Source: Histomonas meleagridis 2922-C6/04-290x
Lineage: Eukaryota; Protista; Parabasalia
Direction: 5' to 3'
Length of the DNA: 64,000 nucleotides
Assembly (NCBI GenBank): GCA_020184695.1
Contig: JAANOX010000218.1
Span: 270,610 to 334,609, forward strand
A program made the translations under genes and the position numbers. The notes under the pieces were generated by a model. The model did no database searches and was not told the DNA's origin. It saw only the letters and a program-made list of their open reading frames with translations. Shown here in pieces: positions 30,969-42,634 of the stretch. Each line of letters opens with the position of its first letter. The stretch's first letter is position 1.

Positions 30969-32416
30969 ATGAACGAATGGGAAAAGGCACATTTAATCCA
31001 GCAAATTATCTTTAACTTAGATGAAAAAAATATTAATCAATCATTAAACTCGTTAATTAGCATATTCGATGAAAATTATGCATTTTCCTTTAACTTAATT
31101 ATTGGTCAAATTATATGCATACATTCAAATATACGAATATTTTTATGAAAGGGATCATAGAGTTTGAAGAATCAAATAAAATTCAATCCAAATTTTTTGA
31201 TATATTTTCTGGTTTATTTCTTGAAGGATATTTAGAAGGATCATATTATATTCTTTATTATTTGATTAAAGAAAATTTTGTAAGTTCAAAAACTATTCCT
31301 TTTTCGGATTTGCATTTTGTTCATTACATGGGAAAGGAAATACAATATCATGAATATGATGAATATTATGAATATATTATGGAAAACTACGAAATACTTT
31401 CAAAGAATGATTGGGAACTTCATAAGCAATTGATTGAAGAAGGAGTTAATCCAAATGAAATTGCAAAAATAATTCGAAATGATGAAATAGAAAAACTTCA
31501 AGAAATGTCATCACAAAATGATTTTAATTTTAATCAATTTATTGAACCATCACTTTATGAAAGATATTCATTTATTAATCAAGAAAATGTTACATTAATT
31601 GATTATGCAGCATTTTTTTCTTCTATTAAATGTTTTAAATATTTACTTATGAATGGTGCTAATGTAAAAAATACAGGTAAATATGCAATTGCAGGTGGAA
31701 ATGAAGAAATCATTCATTTGTGTATACAAAATCACTCAATTTTTGAAGATGCATATAGTGTAGCAATTATGTTTCATCGAAATAATATCTTTAAATATAT
31801 TTATGAAAATAGCACTAAAGAAATTTTAAAATTAGAAGAATTAGGTACAACTTGTGTATCATTTCATAATTATGATATTTTCACATTTTTGATTAAAGAA
31901 GGAATGAAAATAAATGATAATATTATTTCTGAAGCAACAAGAAATGGTAATACATTTTTTATCAAGCATTTTCTTAAAGAAAATCAACCAACAAAAGATA
32001 TTTTATTTTTATCAATTAAACTAGGAAATATTGAACTTGTAAAATATATTCTGGAACAAAAAGGAATTGATATTAATACAATTATATTAATTTATTATAT
32101 TTTTTTAATTAATTAATTTTGGATTTCAAAATAATATTTGGAAATTATTTAAATAATTTGAAACAGCACTTATTTGGGCATCTAGAAATGGTTATACAGA
32201 TATAGTTAAATTACTTCTTGATCAAGAAGGAATTGATATTAATGCTAAAGATATTTATTTGTTTTATTTATAATTTATTTTAATAATTTAATATTTCAAA
32301 ATAAAATTTGGAAATTATTTATATAATTTGAAACTGCACTTATGAAAGCAACTTCAAAAGGTTATACAGAAATAGCTAAATTAATTCAAGCTAAATGTAA
32401 AATGATCCCAAAATAA
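30969..32416 (+). pseudogene. DUF3447-type ankyrin paralogue with a 5' frameshift and two spacer-separated downstream ANK modules
   Basis: ATG 30969 frame (MNEWEKAHLIQQIIFNL) aligns with the 24207 paralogue, then shifts near 31130. Body to ~32080; module 32157-32252; spacer 32253-32326 (74 nt); terminal module 32327-32416. Confidence 0.65.
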
Positions 32417-32734
32417 TTATATTCACTCTAATACATAATTAATAAATGATTTAATAATGAATATTCATATTGACAACTTAATAATTAAGTTTTATATCTG
32501 ATTTTATATCAAATATGAATTTTTATGTCTCTGATAAATCTTTTAGGTGAAATTTGCATTAATACAAAACAAAATTATTTCATAAAATAATATTTTTCAC
32601 AATAAAATTTTTCCTTAAAGAAGTTTATAAGCATCAAATTTTAAAAAATTATTCGTAAAAAATAAAAATAAATATCTTTTTTTTAGGATAGAGTAAAGTT
32701 ATTTTTCGTATTACTAATTTTAAAATACATTTTT

Positions 32735-33496
32735 CTATAAATCTGAAACGCTTAAAATAGTTTCTCTTGGACGATGTACGGAATCAGATATTATTTGATG
32801 AAGTCTGTTATAGTCGCTTCTGGCGTCAATTTTCTTAGTCTCGTTTTCATTACAAATTCGCTGAATAACTCCGGCAAAAAAATAGAACATTATATTCCAA
32901 CAATTAAAATCGTTCTTACCAAGCAATAAAATGTCTGTAGTAGATACAACTTCAATAGTTTTGCATCCAATGACATTTAAAACCAACATTATGGGAAATG
33001 TTTCATTATTAACTTGGGATAAAAAATGTTTCGATAATTTCGGACAACATCTAAAAAACCATAGAGGAAACAAAACCATAAAAATACCACCTGCGCGAAA
33101 ATCTACTTGAGGAACTTTGGTTTGGAAACCAATTTGAAGCCACTTTTCATTTTTTAATGTTTCAGGTGGATCTTCTCCCTTAATTGCAGTGTAGATTTGA
33201 TTCAGTGCTTGTACATGGATTTTGTCTTCTGGATTAAATTTAAGTTGGGAAACTCTAAAAATGTAATTCCAGATCTTTCTTGCTCGTTCATGACCAGTAC
33301 CAAATCTGCAACAACCACTATGATAAGGGTGCCTTGGAACATGAATATCTTTTAGCTTCATTCCTTGATCAATAATATATGCTAAAAACTCGATATAACC
33401 AAAATTATTTTCATCCATTTCGGAAGGCTTAGGTGGGAAAGAGGTTTCTGTGATTTCTTCTGGTAAAAGAGCACTGGTTAAAGTTGTTTCCCCCAT
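32735..33496 (-). CDS. ELMO-domain (ELMOD) protein
   Basis: KWLQIGFQTKVPQVDFRAGG (WxxLGFQ...P.TDFRG.G motif) and FPIMLV. Confidence 0.88.
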   Translation of the reverse strand: MGETTLTSALLPEEITETSFPPKPSEMDENNFGYIEFLAYIIDQGMKLKDIHVPRHPYHSGCCRFGTGHERARKIWNYIFRVSQLKFNPEDKIHVQALNQIYTAIKGEDPPETLKNEKWLQIGFQTKVPQVDFRAGGIFMVLFPLWFFRCCPKLSKHFLSQVNNETFPIMLVLNVIGCKTIEVVSTTDILLLGKNDFNCWNIMFYFFAGVIQRICNENETKKIDARSDYNRLHQIISDSVHRPRETILSVSDL

Positions 33497-33953
33497 AAAT
33501 CTGTATAATTACTTAACGGGTCACCAGAAAATAAACTATTCAAAAACTGAGTATGAACGGAAGTAAATATAACTTTTTGTATGGAAAAATTATGTGAAAG
33601 CAGATCATAATTTTATAAATTTTATTTTCGGAAAATTCAATGAAAGTTCATTATGTCGCTTGATCAAATATCTCCCAAAACAAACATGTCTTTGCATTGA
33701 CTAACTGATTATAAACAATTTTTGCAATTGCTAATAATAATAATTTAATCATTTTTGGAAACCAAAGTTGTTATCTAAAGGTTTTCTTATTTCAATTTAA
33801 ATGCAATCTTCAATTCCTGGAATAGAAAAAATTATTTTTTAATTTCTTAGCTCATTAGTTAAACATGTTAAAATGATTTGGTTCACTAAGTTTAGTTTAA
33901 TAGGTAAATTTATTTTTATGTTACTATAAAAACCGAATATTCACATCTCATAT

Positions 33954-35594
33954 TTACTCTTCTTCGTCGTTGTGTTTTTCTTCTGCAGACAAAAAAACAA
34001 CAATTACAGATATGTTATCTTCCGAATTTAGCTCGAATGCATGATCTCTTAACTTTCTAGCTGCTTCTAATGGATCAATTTCAGATGCGATTAGATCCAC
34101 CGCTTCTTGGTCTGACATAACATCCCAAACTCCGTCACATGCAATAATCAAAAATGCATCTTCACTAGTAATTTGAACTTCCTTAATATGTGGGGTTGGG
34201 TTCACACAATCTCCAAGAAAACCATCTCCAAGTGCTCTACTTACTGCCAACATTCCTCCAAGTCTACCTTCTTTAACAATACCACCCTTACTTTGAATAT
34301 ACTCCATTTCTTCAGGCAGATCTGGCTTGTCGTCTATAGTTAATCTAACTGCTTGTCCATTATGAGACAAAACGCAACGACTATCTCCGACATTGGCGAC
34401 CGTTAAATTCAAACCGTCAATAACCGCTATTGCGGCGGTTGTTCCAAAGTAAACGCACCATGGCTTCATCTCGTTTTGAAGCACCTTAAACGATTCAGTA
34501 ATTGCGGATGTAAGTGTAGACCCATTACTGACCCTAGATTTAATATAGTTTGGAAGATTTTGTGATACGTATTCAGATGCATCACGACCTCCATGTCCAT
34601 CAAAAAGCCCAAAGAAAACAGAAGTATCGGTCGGAATTCCAGGAACTACGCAGGAGACATCTTCCATTTGAGGTCTGCGGCCAACAGTTTCTGCACTTCC
34701 ATATCGAGAATGTTCTGTATTTTGTACAGTTTCATTTGATTCAATCGTTTTGGCTTTTGATTCGTTCTCAACAAACGTGTTAAACAAAGCAGTGCCTTTC
34801 ACACGCTCTTTTTGACGAGCTTTTCCATCCAACATTTGACGGCCTTTAATTGATTTAAACACATCGAGCTTTGCCCTGAACTGTCTTTGGAATGGCGCAC
34901 GCGCAATAGTATCGGAGTACTCAAAAACAGTTGTGTTACGTGTTACGATGTCGGAACAAAGAGTTTGGAGATGTTGACCTAAATCAATGTTTTTTAAATA
35001 TATGTTTGATGTAATAATTTTCTTTATGTCATTAATGCTATCGTTCGAAAGTTTATTTGGCGCTGCTCGAAATGTGCTTAAAATACGGGAATATTGAAGT
35101 AAATCGATGATTGATTTGGATGATGAATCATTGATATTACATGACTCCATTAACAAGGAGGTAAGAGAAGGATGCCCAACCGCAGCTGATATTATAATAT
35201 TTGAGGAATCTTTGAAGTCATTTTGACTTACATCTAATTCTTTTATTGTATCATAATTAATAAGCAAATTTGCAATTGATTTGGCATGATGAGATTTAAG
35301 ACCGCATTTACGGAATGAAATTTTTGTGAGATATTGAGGAATTGTTAAATGTGGTAATATGATTTCAAGAAAACTAGGGCCGACCTTTTCTCCTGTTATA
35401 ATAAGAGGAATTTCAGTAGCTGATTCAGGTATTCTTTTAAGTGTTTCCCATATTGACTTGATGATTTTTCCTAATTTTTTCTTTTGTTTTAAGATTTCTG
35501 GATTTGTAGTTTTAATAGAAAGTACACTTTCATAAAACATGCGTCCTTGCATGTTAACAATTAGAGATGATGGACAACTTGAATCTTGTCCCAT
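33954..35594 (-). CDS. LRR plus PP2C protein phosphatase, probably N-acylated
   Basis: MGQDSSC start; RNI-like LRRs; PP2C motifs GRRPQMED, FDGHGG, GTTA, VANVGDSR, LAVSRALGD, ACDGVWDV, DNISV. Confidence 0.92.
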   Translation of the reverse strand: MGQDSSCPSSLIVNMQGRMFYESVLSIKTTNPEILKQKKKLGKIIKSIWETLKRIPESATEIPLIITGEKVGPSFLEIILPHLTIPQYLTKISFRKCGLKSHHAKSIANLLINYDTIKELDVSQNDFKDSSNIIISAAVGHPSLTSLLMESCNINDSSSKSIIDLLQYSRILSTFRAAPNKLSNDSINDIKKIITSNIYLKNIDLGQHLQTLCSDIVTRNTTVFEYSDTIARAPFQRQFRAKLDVFKSIKGRQMLDGKARQKERVKGTALFNTFVENESKAKTIESNETVQNTEHSRYGSAETVGRRPQMEDVSCVVPGIPTDTSVFFGLFDGHGGRDASEYVSQNLPNYIKSRVSNGSTLTSAITESFKVLQNEMKPWCVYFGTTAAIAVIDGLNLTVANVGDSRCVLSHNGQAVRLTIDDKPDLPEEMEYIQSKGGIVKEGRLGGMLAVSRALGDGFLGDCVNPTPHIKEVQITSEDAFLIIACDGVWDVMSDQEAVDLIASEIDPLEAARKLRDHAFELNSEDNISVIVVFLSAEEKHNDEEE

Positions 35595-35731
35595 AAACGT
35601 GTTGTCAAAAAAAACCGATGATTATTCGCGGTTTTTTTGAATGAATTTTTCTTACATTGCTGACAAATTTCTTTTTATTTGAAAAATTAATGGCATTTTT
35701 CGAATAGACGTTAAAAACAAAAAAGAGAAAA

Positions 35732-36448
35732 ATGAAAAAATTGAACAATAATACAAAAAGAAATCAACCTGTAACATATGAAGAAATCAATCAATTAAAA
35801 GTAAAGAAAAATGAGCTTATTGAAGAAAAGAAAACATTAAAGACTAAAATCGCACGATTACAAATCCAAAACAAAAAAGGAAATAGAACTGGATACACAG
35901 GTCAAAGTTTGGTTGATAGGCTTGAAAAATATAAAAACACACTTGAATTAATAGTTGAAAATCAAAAAAAAGATTTAAAAAAAATCAAAAAAAGTGATAG
36001 TGCTGCCTTATGTTTCGAACTCCAAGAAGAAGCAAAACTTGTTTTTCTTGAAAAAATTCGATCAATTGATGAACAGGTTGAAAAGAGGCGTCAATTAAAT
36101 CAATCAGAGAAAATAATAGAATCTCTTCAAAACGAGTACAGTACGAAAGCAATTAATGCGCAAAAGGAAAAAATTCAATTCCTTGCATCTAAGCTCAAAA
36201 AGTGTAATTTAGCAAATCAAAAACTCCAACAGAAAATCAATGATGCCAAAATGGAGAGCTCAAATGAGACAGAAGCTTACGAAATGGAAGTATCCAAACG
36301 AGCGCGCTTACTTAAGTATCGAATTGAACAGATGAAAAATGCACGAAAAGCGAATGAGCGCCAATACAACGAAAACATTACAGAACACGAAATGGTAATC
36401 CAAGAGCTACGAAAACGGTATGGGCTGCATGACGAGGAGAGTCAATAA
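35732..36448 (+). CDS. Coiled-coil hypothetical protein
   Basis: 238-aa K/E/Q-rich ATG ORF with heptad character. Confidence 0.75.
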   Translation: MKKLNNNTKRNQPVTYEEINQLKVKKNELIEEKKTLKTKIARLQIQNKKGNRTGYTGQSLVDRLEKYKNTLELIVENQKKDLKKIKKSDSAALCFELQEEAKLVFLEKIRSIDEQVEKRRQLNQSEKIIESLQNEYSTKAINAQKEKIQFLASKLKKCNLANQKLQQKINDAKMESSNETEAYEMEVSKRARLLKYRIEQMKNARKANERQYNENITEHEMVIQELRKRYGLHDEESQ

Positions 36449-36554
36449 GTCACAGATTATTTGTATAATAAAATATATTTAAAGACTTAATCACTTTAAC
36501 ATATAAAAACAAAATAATTTGCCTTAAATTGAGTTTTTATAATGTAACTAATCA

Positions 36555-39500
36555 TTACATTGTTGGCTCGAACTCAGAGAAGCCTCCGGGCTTCGATCTC
36601 TTCTTGAGGATAACAATCACAACAACCACAACGATTATGATCACTGCGACTGGCACGCAAACGCCGATTGCAATTTTGGCGCCTGTGGACATTCCCTTTG
36701 AACCTTCCGAAGTCGAAGTCGCAGGAGAAGGCGTTGGCTGTGGCGTTGGTTCCTGTGTTGGTTCTTGTGTTGGCTCTTGAGTTGGTTCTTGTGTTGGTTC
36801 TTGTGTTGGCTCTTGAGTTGGTTCTTGTGTTGGCTCTTGTGTTGGTTCTTGAGTTGGTTCTTGTGTTGGTTCTTGTGTTGGCTCTTGTGTTGGTTCTTGA
36901 GTTGGTTCTTGTGTTGGTTCTTGTGTTGGTTCTTGTGTTGGTTCTTGTGTTGGTTCTTGTGTTGGTTCTTGTGTTGGTTCTTGTGTTGGTTCTTGTGTTG
37001 GTTCTTGTGTTGGCTCTTGCGTTGGTTCTTGTGTTGGTTCTTGTGTTGGTTCTTGTGTTGGCTCTTGTGTTGGCTCTTGAGTTGGTTCTTGTGTTGGCTC
37101 TTGAGTTGGTTCTTGTGTTGGCTCCTGCGTCGGCTCTTGTGTGGGTTCAGGCGTTGAAGGACACTCCTGATATAATCCAACAGATGCTGTCAAGCCACAG
37201 AACGTTTTTTCTTGGTATTCTTCGCTAACGAAAACTTTGTCGGCCATAATATTAGCGAATGCATCTTGGCCAAATTGTGGCTGTGTTTTACCGTAGTAAT
37301 AAATGCATTGAAGTTGTTGGCAATATAGGAATGCACCTTCACCAATGTATTGGACTCCAGATCCTAATCTTAATGTAACCAAAAGTAGATTACTAATGAA
37401 TGCATAAATGTGAATCTGTGTTGTAGCATTTGGAATAGTAATTTCGGTAAGGTTATAGCAATAAGAAAACGCACCTCCTTGAATTTCTTTAGTGTTCTGA
37501 TATAATAAAGCATTTAATAAATAAAAACATGAACTAAATGTTGACATTTCGATTTGTTCTACAGTTGATTTAGAAAGATCGAGATAATAAAGGTTTGCAT
37601 TAAAGAATGAGAATTGTTCGATCTTATTAAGTTCTGCATGAGCAACATAACTCTTGTTAATTCTGTTTTGTGGATAAGCAATTAAATGATTTAATGATTT
37701 GTTATACAAAACACCATCATTTTGATAATTGGAATAATATTTGTTAGCTGGATCAACTTCGATTGCTTCAAGTTTCGATGCCATTTGTGTAATGTTTTCT
37801 CCAATCGTTTCAACTGTTGATGGGATATTAAGTTTCTTAAGTTTTTCGCAAAGTTGGAAACAATAATGTCCAATAGTTTTTAATCCTTCATTTAATGTAA
37901 TCGTTGTTAAGCTCATACATGAACCAAATGCATATCCATCAATGAGAGTAATTGTTGATGGAATATTAATATTAAGTAAAGATGAACACTCCAAAAATGC
38001 ACTGTTTCCAATGCTTTGTAATCCTTCATTTAATATAACTGTTTGAAGTTTTGTACAATAATAAAATGCTTCAGTTGAAATTGTGTTAACATGAGAACCG
38101 AAACTAACAGTCTCTAATCTTGTGCAATGTGAAAATCCATTCGAAGGAATTAGTGTAACGCCATTACCAATAGTAACTGTACCTAAATTTTCACATGTGA
38201 AAAATACATAACTGCCCAAACTATCGACTGAATCTGGTAATGTTATTTCTGTTAAACCTGATTGTGTAAATGCGTATTCATAAATTTCTTGAAGAGTATT
38301 CGGTAAATTAATTCCTTTGAGACTAGTACAATGTTGAAATGCTCCATCATTAATGAGAGTTAATCCTTCTGAAAGTGTTACATTACTTAATTTGAAACAC
38401 ATTTGGAATGTATATTCATATATTTCAGTAATTGTGTTTGGTATTACAATTTCTATTAAACCACATAAACTAAATGCACCATTTTGAATACTTTTGATGC
38501 TTGTGCCAAGATTTATGGTTGGGAAACTACAATTTAAGAATGCATATGAACCAATTTCTTGAATATTACCATTAACATTTACTTCTTTTAGTTCATGACA
38601 ATGATAAAATGCTTGTGCGGCTATTTTAAGATCGGAATTAATATTAAGTGTCTTAAGTGTGAAACAATATGAAAATGCATAATCATTTATTATTGTTGTA
38701 GTGTTTGGTAATGTAATTGATTCAAGTGATGAACAAATTGTAAATGCATTACTACCAATCGTTTGAAGACTTTCACCAAAATCAACTGTTGTTAATGATG
38801 TACAATTCATAAATGAAAACATTTCAATCGTAGTAACTTTCTTTAAAACAATAGATTTAAGTGAAGTACATTGTGAAAAGCTTTGATATTTGATCACTTC
38901 AATATTTTCTCCTAATTGAACATCTGTTAATGAATAACAATCATAAAATGCATATGATAGAAGTTGTGTAACTCCATTTCCAATTGTAACTGATTTGAGT
39001 GATGAACAATATGCACACACGCCATCGCCCATTTGAGTAGTTGCATCTGGAATAGAAATAGATTCCAAAGAAGTACAATTACTAAACACAAGAGTTGAAA
39101 GTGATTTAAGTGTTGATGGAAGTGAAATACTCACTAAGTATATACAATTTTCAAATGCATTATTATTAATTGAAGATAATATTGATTCGCTTAAATCAAC
39201 AGATTTTAATCCAGATTTTGTAAATGCATTAGAATCAATAATTTCAATGTTATTATTAAATTGATATGATTCTAATGAATAACAATCTTGAAATGCATTA
39301 TTTGGAATTTGTTTAATATTAATTCCACCATTAACTGATTGTAAATGAATTGATGAATAAAATGCATATTGTTTAATTTCAGTAACAGAATCAATGATTG
39401 TAAATGTTGTACGTGTATTTCCTAATGGATAGAAATAAATTATTGAATAATTCTTATCATAAATTACACCATCGGAATTATAATTAGCAAAATCTTTATT

Positions 39501-40817
39501 ATTCTCATCAATTACAACAGATTCTAAACTTTGGCATTGATAAAATACGAAAAATTCGATTGTATTAACTGCTGCAGGAATTGTAATTGATTTTAATGAT
39601 GTACATAATTGGAATGCATTAGAACGAATGATTTGAATTGATTCACTAAGTGTTACTGTTGTCAAATTATAACATCCTTTAAATGTATTAGTTTCAATTG
39701 TTGTGATCTTTGTTGAAGCAAAAACTATTTTTTCTAAACTTGTGCAATTAAGGAATGATGAACTTCCAAGTGAAATAACATTCTCTGGAAGTGTCATTTC
39801 TTTAAGTGAATGACAATCTGTAAATGCATAATCGCCAATGGTAGTAATCGATGTTGGAAGTGTAATAGGATTCAAACTTATACATTTCTCAAACGCATGG
39901 TTTCCAATTGTTATGATGCTGGTTGGAATTTCAAATACAGAAAGTTGAACGCATCCATGGAACATATAATCGTTAATTGTGTCAATGGATTCACCATTAA
40001 ATTTGACTGTCTGTAAACTTGAGCATGAATCAAATAAATGCGTTCCAATGGTTTCTACACTATTTGGTAGTTCAATAATTGCTAATGAAGAACATCCACT
40101 AAATGCATAATCACCAATTGATGTGACTTGAATTGAAATTGTTACACTTGTTAAGTTTGAACATGAACGAAATGTTTCGGATTCAATTTTGGTGACTAAT
40201 TCTGGAATTGTAATTTGTGATATAGATGAACAACCACTAAAACAGCCACTATCAATCACTGAAACTGTACTTGGAATTGTAATATCGGAAAGTGATGAAC
40301 ATTGGTAAAATGCTTTTGCACCAAATGATGTTACTTCACCTTTAAATGTAATTGACTTAAGCTTATAAAATGATGAAAATGTATCGTCTTCTATGTCTGT
40401 GATAACAGAACCTAGTGTGACAATTTCTAAGGAATTTGAGAAATATGACACTATGGTTTTGAGAGGGATATTTTTGGTGTAAACAGTAAGGTTCTTTACG
40501 TTCGTGTAAGTAAAGGCATTGCTAGCGAAGCTGGTGACGTTTTCACCAATGATAACTGTCGCTAAATTTGAACAATGATAAAAAGCATGAGAGTTAATAT
40601 TGGCTACAGAATTTCCAATTTCAACTGACTCTAATAAATCCCAGTATTCAAAGGCATTAACTCCAATTGTTATAACATTTTCCCCAAAGATGATATGCTT
40701 TGTAGCATTTTTGTAATCATCATAATCACCTTGAGCTATTGTTTCAACATCATGGATTACCAAGGTGTCATCTGCTGATAATATATTGGATGACAGCAGC
40801 AATAAAAGAGAAATCAT
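36555..40817 (-). CDS. Large BspA LRR surface protein with (EPTQ)n stalk, TM helix and short tail
   Basis: Signal MISLLLLLSSNILSA (ATG 40817), many TpLRR repeats, TM IAIGVCVPVAVIIIVVVVVIVIL, tail KKRSKPGGFSEFEPTM. Confidence 0.93.
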   Translation of the reverse strand: MISLLLLLSSNILSADDTLVIHDVETIAQGDYDDYKNATKHIIFGENVITIGVNAFEYWDLLESVEIGNSVANINSHAFYHCSNLATVIIGENVTSFASNAFTYTNVKNLTVYTKNIPLKTIVSYFSNSLEIVTLGSVITDIEDDTFSSFYKLKSITFKGEVTSFGAKAFYQCSSLSDITIPSTVSVIDSGCFSGCSSISQITIPELVTKIESETFRSCSNLTSVTISIQVTSIGDYAFSGCSSLAIIELPNSVETIGTHLFDSCSSLQTVKFNGESIDTINDYMFHGCVQLSVFEIPTSIITIGNHAFEKCISLNPITLPTSITTIGDYAFTDCHSLKEMTLPENVISLGSSSFLNCTSLEKIVFASTKITTIETNTFKGCYNLTTVTLSESIQIIRSNAFQLCTSLKSITIPAAVNTIEFFVFYQCQSLESVVIDENNKDFANYNSDGVIYDKNYSIIYFYPLGNTRTTFTIIDSVTEIKQYAFYSSIHLQSVNGGINIKQIPNNAFQDCYSLESYQFNNNIEIIDSNAFTKSGLKSVDLSESILSSINNNAFENCIYLVSISLPSTLKSLSTLVFSNCTSLESISIPDATTQMGDGVCAYCSSLKSVTIGNGVTQLLSYAFYDCYSLTDVQLGENIEVIKYQSFSQCTSLKSIVLKKVTTIEMFSFMNCTSLTTVDFGESLQTIGSNAFTICSSLESITLPNTTTIINDYAFSYCFTLKTLNINSDLKIAAQAFYHCHELKEVNVNGNIQEIGSYAFLNCSFPTINLGTSIKSIQNGAFSLCGLIEIVIPNTITEIYEYTFQMCFKLSNVTLSEGLTLINDGAFQHCTSLKGINLPNTLQEIYEYAFTQSGLTEITLPDSVDSLGSYVFFTCENLGTVTIGNGVTLIPSNGFSHCTRLETVSFGSHVNTISTEAFYYCTKLQTVILNEGLQSIGNSAFLECSSLLNINIPSTITLIDGYAFGSCMSLTTITLNEGLKTIGHYCFQLCEKLKKLNIPSTVETIGENITQMASKLEAIEVDPANKYYSNYQNDGVLYNKSLNHLIAYPQNRINKSYVAHAELNKIEQFSFFNANLYYLDLSKSTVEQIEMSTFSSCFYLLNALLYQNTKEIQGGAFSYCYNLTEITIPNATTQIHIYAFISNLLLVTLRLGSGVQYIGEGAFLYCQQLQCIYYYGKTQPQFGQDAFANIMADKVFVSEEYQEKTFCGLTASVGLYQECPSTPEPTQEPTQEPTQEPTQEPTQEPTQEPTQEPTQEPTQEPTQEPTQEPTQEPTQEPTQEPTQEPTQEPTQEPTQEPTQEPTQEPTQEPTQEPTQEPTQEPTQEPTQEPTQEPTQEPTQEPTQEPTQEPTQEPTQEPTPQPTPSPATSTSEGSKGMSTGAKIAIGVCVPVAVIIIVVVVVIVILKKRSKPGGFSEFEPTM
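36742..37149. repeat. 12-bp tandem repeat (~34 copies) encoding EPTQ
   Basis: GGTTCTTGTGTT and variants GGCTCTTGAGTT, GGTTCTTGAGTT, GGCTCTTGTGTT. Confidence 0.97.
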
Positions 40818-41212
40818 CCAAAAAAATGAAACAATCAGACGGTTAATTGACAATTGCTGTGCATTCAATTTTCATCACAAAATTGGCAAGCTATATTCGA
40901 CGATACAAAATAAACGTTTATTGGTGAAATTGGTTCATAACGGTTCGTTTTAAAAATGCTTCATTTAAAATGTCTAATACTCCAAATTTAGAATGCGTGC
41001 TGATATCAGAATAAATGTGAAACGCAAAATTTAAATTCTTGTTATAAAGTAATTCTCCAAATTTAATGTTTTTCACCTTTAAGATTCCAAGCACCCAAAA
41101 GAAAACATTTATAGGAAATCTTGTAGTTTGTAATCTAAAATTATTTCCTAACAAAGGTATTTAGTGTATATATATATAATATTTACTTAAAATTAAATAC
41201 AATTTATATTTC

Positions 41213-42310
41213 TTAAGATTCGTCTGAGTCAGATTCCGAATCCGTTTCTGTTTCGGTTGAAGTTGTTGATGTGTCAGTATTTGTATCTGTTGATGAGTCA
41301 TCAGTTCCTTCCGTTTCACTCGAGAACGCGCTTGAACTTGGCCTTTTCTCGGCCAGCCTTGCGGTAATTCTCTTCAGCTCTTCGTTTAATATTTCGAGTT
41401 GCTTCTCGGCAGGAATTGTTTCAGATTGATACATTCTTCTGACAAGTTGCTCTTTATCTTTCGCAACTTTAATGTACGCTTCAATGTTCCGAAGCGTCGC
41501 ATTGTCGATTTCCGAAAACGGAATATCGACTTCTCGATCTTTAGGAATTTCAAATTTTTCAGATAGGATCTCAATAACCTTCCCAAGCAGCTCTGGTGGC
41601 AATGTATCGATGTATTTGGCCATGTCGTACTTCTCTTTGGTGGTCATTGGCGTATTAAGGAGATCATCAGATGGTTTAACATATCCGTTATCTTCTTTGT
41701 TCTCATTTCCTTTGGGATAGCGTGAATAGCGACCGCTCTGCGATTGACGTGGACGGGCAATTGTGGCTTTGGGATGAGGTGGCATTCGAAATATTTGCAT
41801 AGAACTATGAGATGAGTTAAAACAGGTGTCTGATAAGGAGTATGCATCGTCCATTAGCTGCAGTGCTGCTAGAGCTTCTTCTGGATTCTCTATCTTTTTG
41901 TGAAGTTCGAATAATTCGTCAAAAGATGATTTGATTTTGAGCCCAATTTGAGTAAGCCCATGATTAAGAGAATTGAAAGTAATGCAGTTGGACCAAATGA
42001 GATCAACATCAGCTTTAAATGAATCAACATTCGGGTACTGTCCTTCATAAATCTTTTTTTCAATTACTGAAACACACATTGGATGCTTAATGATTTCGTA
42101 ATACCCTGGAACGAGCTCCGATACTGGTTCTAGAAAATGCTGAATACCTTTCTGATTTCTAAGGAATGTTGTTAATTTCAAGCAAAATTTGAGATATGGA
42201 GGTAAAGTATTATCTGCAAAAGTAGAACATGTAAATACCAATGGTGGGACAGTGCTGTTATTTCTGTGATATTCCTGTATATTAAACACAAAACGGATTT
42301 TTGGCGGCAT
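41213..42310 (-). CDS. Bromodomain plus ET-domain (BET-like) protein
   Basis: HFLEPV...PGYYEIIKHPM...DVDLIWSNCITFN; ET motif MTTKEKYDMAKYIDTLPPELLGKVIEIL...IDNATLRNIEAYI; acidic Ser/Thr tail. Confidence 0.92.
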   Translation of the reverse strand: MPPKIRFVFNIQEYHRNNSTVPPLVFTCSTFADNTLPPYLKFCLKLTTFLRNQKGIQHFLEPVSELVPGYYEIIKHPMCVSVIEKKIYEGQYPNVDSFKADVDLIWSNCITFNSLNHGLTQIGLKIKSSFDELFELHKKIENPEEALAALQLMDDAYSLSDTCFNSSHSSMQIFRMPPHPKATIARPRQSQSGRYSRYPKGNENKEDNGYVKPSDDLLNTPMTTKEKYDMAKYIDTLPPELLGKVIEILSEKFEIPKDREVDIPFSEIDNATLRNIEAYIKVAKDKEQLVRRMYQSETIPAEKQLEILNEELKRITARLAEKRPSSSAFSSETEGTDDSSTDTNTDTSTTSTETETDSESDSDES

Positions 42311-42634
42311 TCACCAAGAAGGATTAGACGTGAAATGTTATATGAAATTTCGAAATAGTTCTTGTATCAGGTGTACCCCATATTTATTGATATATCGCAT
42401 AGAATATTTTGAATGTAAACAAATTCTTTGGCCTCTAACAAATTTGGCAGTTTTTTTACATGGAGAAAACATTTTAATTTTGTATCAAAATGAATACAAA
42501 AAATTTCATTTCAGAAAACACAATACAAAATTCATATTACGCTTCAGAAATTTGCTCGAAATTGAACACACAAAATGACTTCAAAATAAAATAAAAACTA
42601 TTTAAACATTTACTAAAATCCTTATTTTAGTATT

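Noticed and set aside
36529-37228. Four overlapping ORFs on both strands (poly-LV, WFLC and HKNQ repeats)
   Set aside because: Shadow frames of the stop-poor 12-bp EPTQ repeat.
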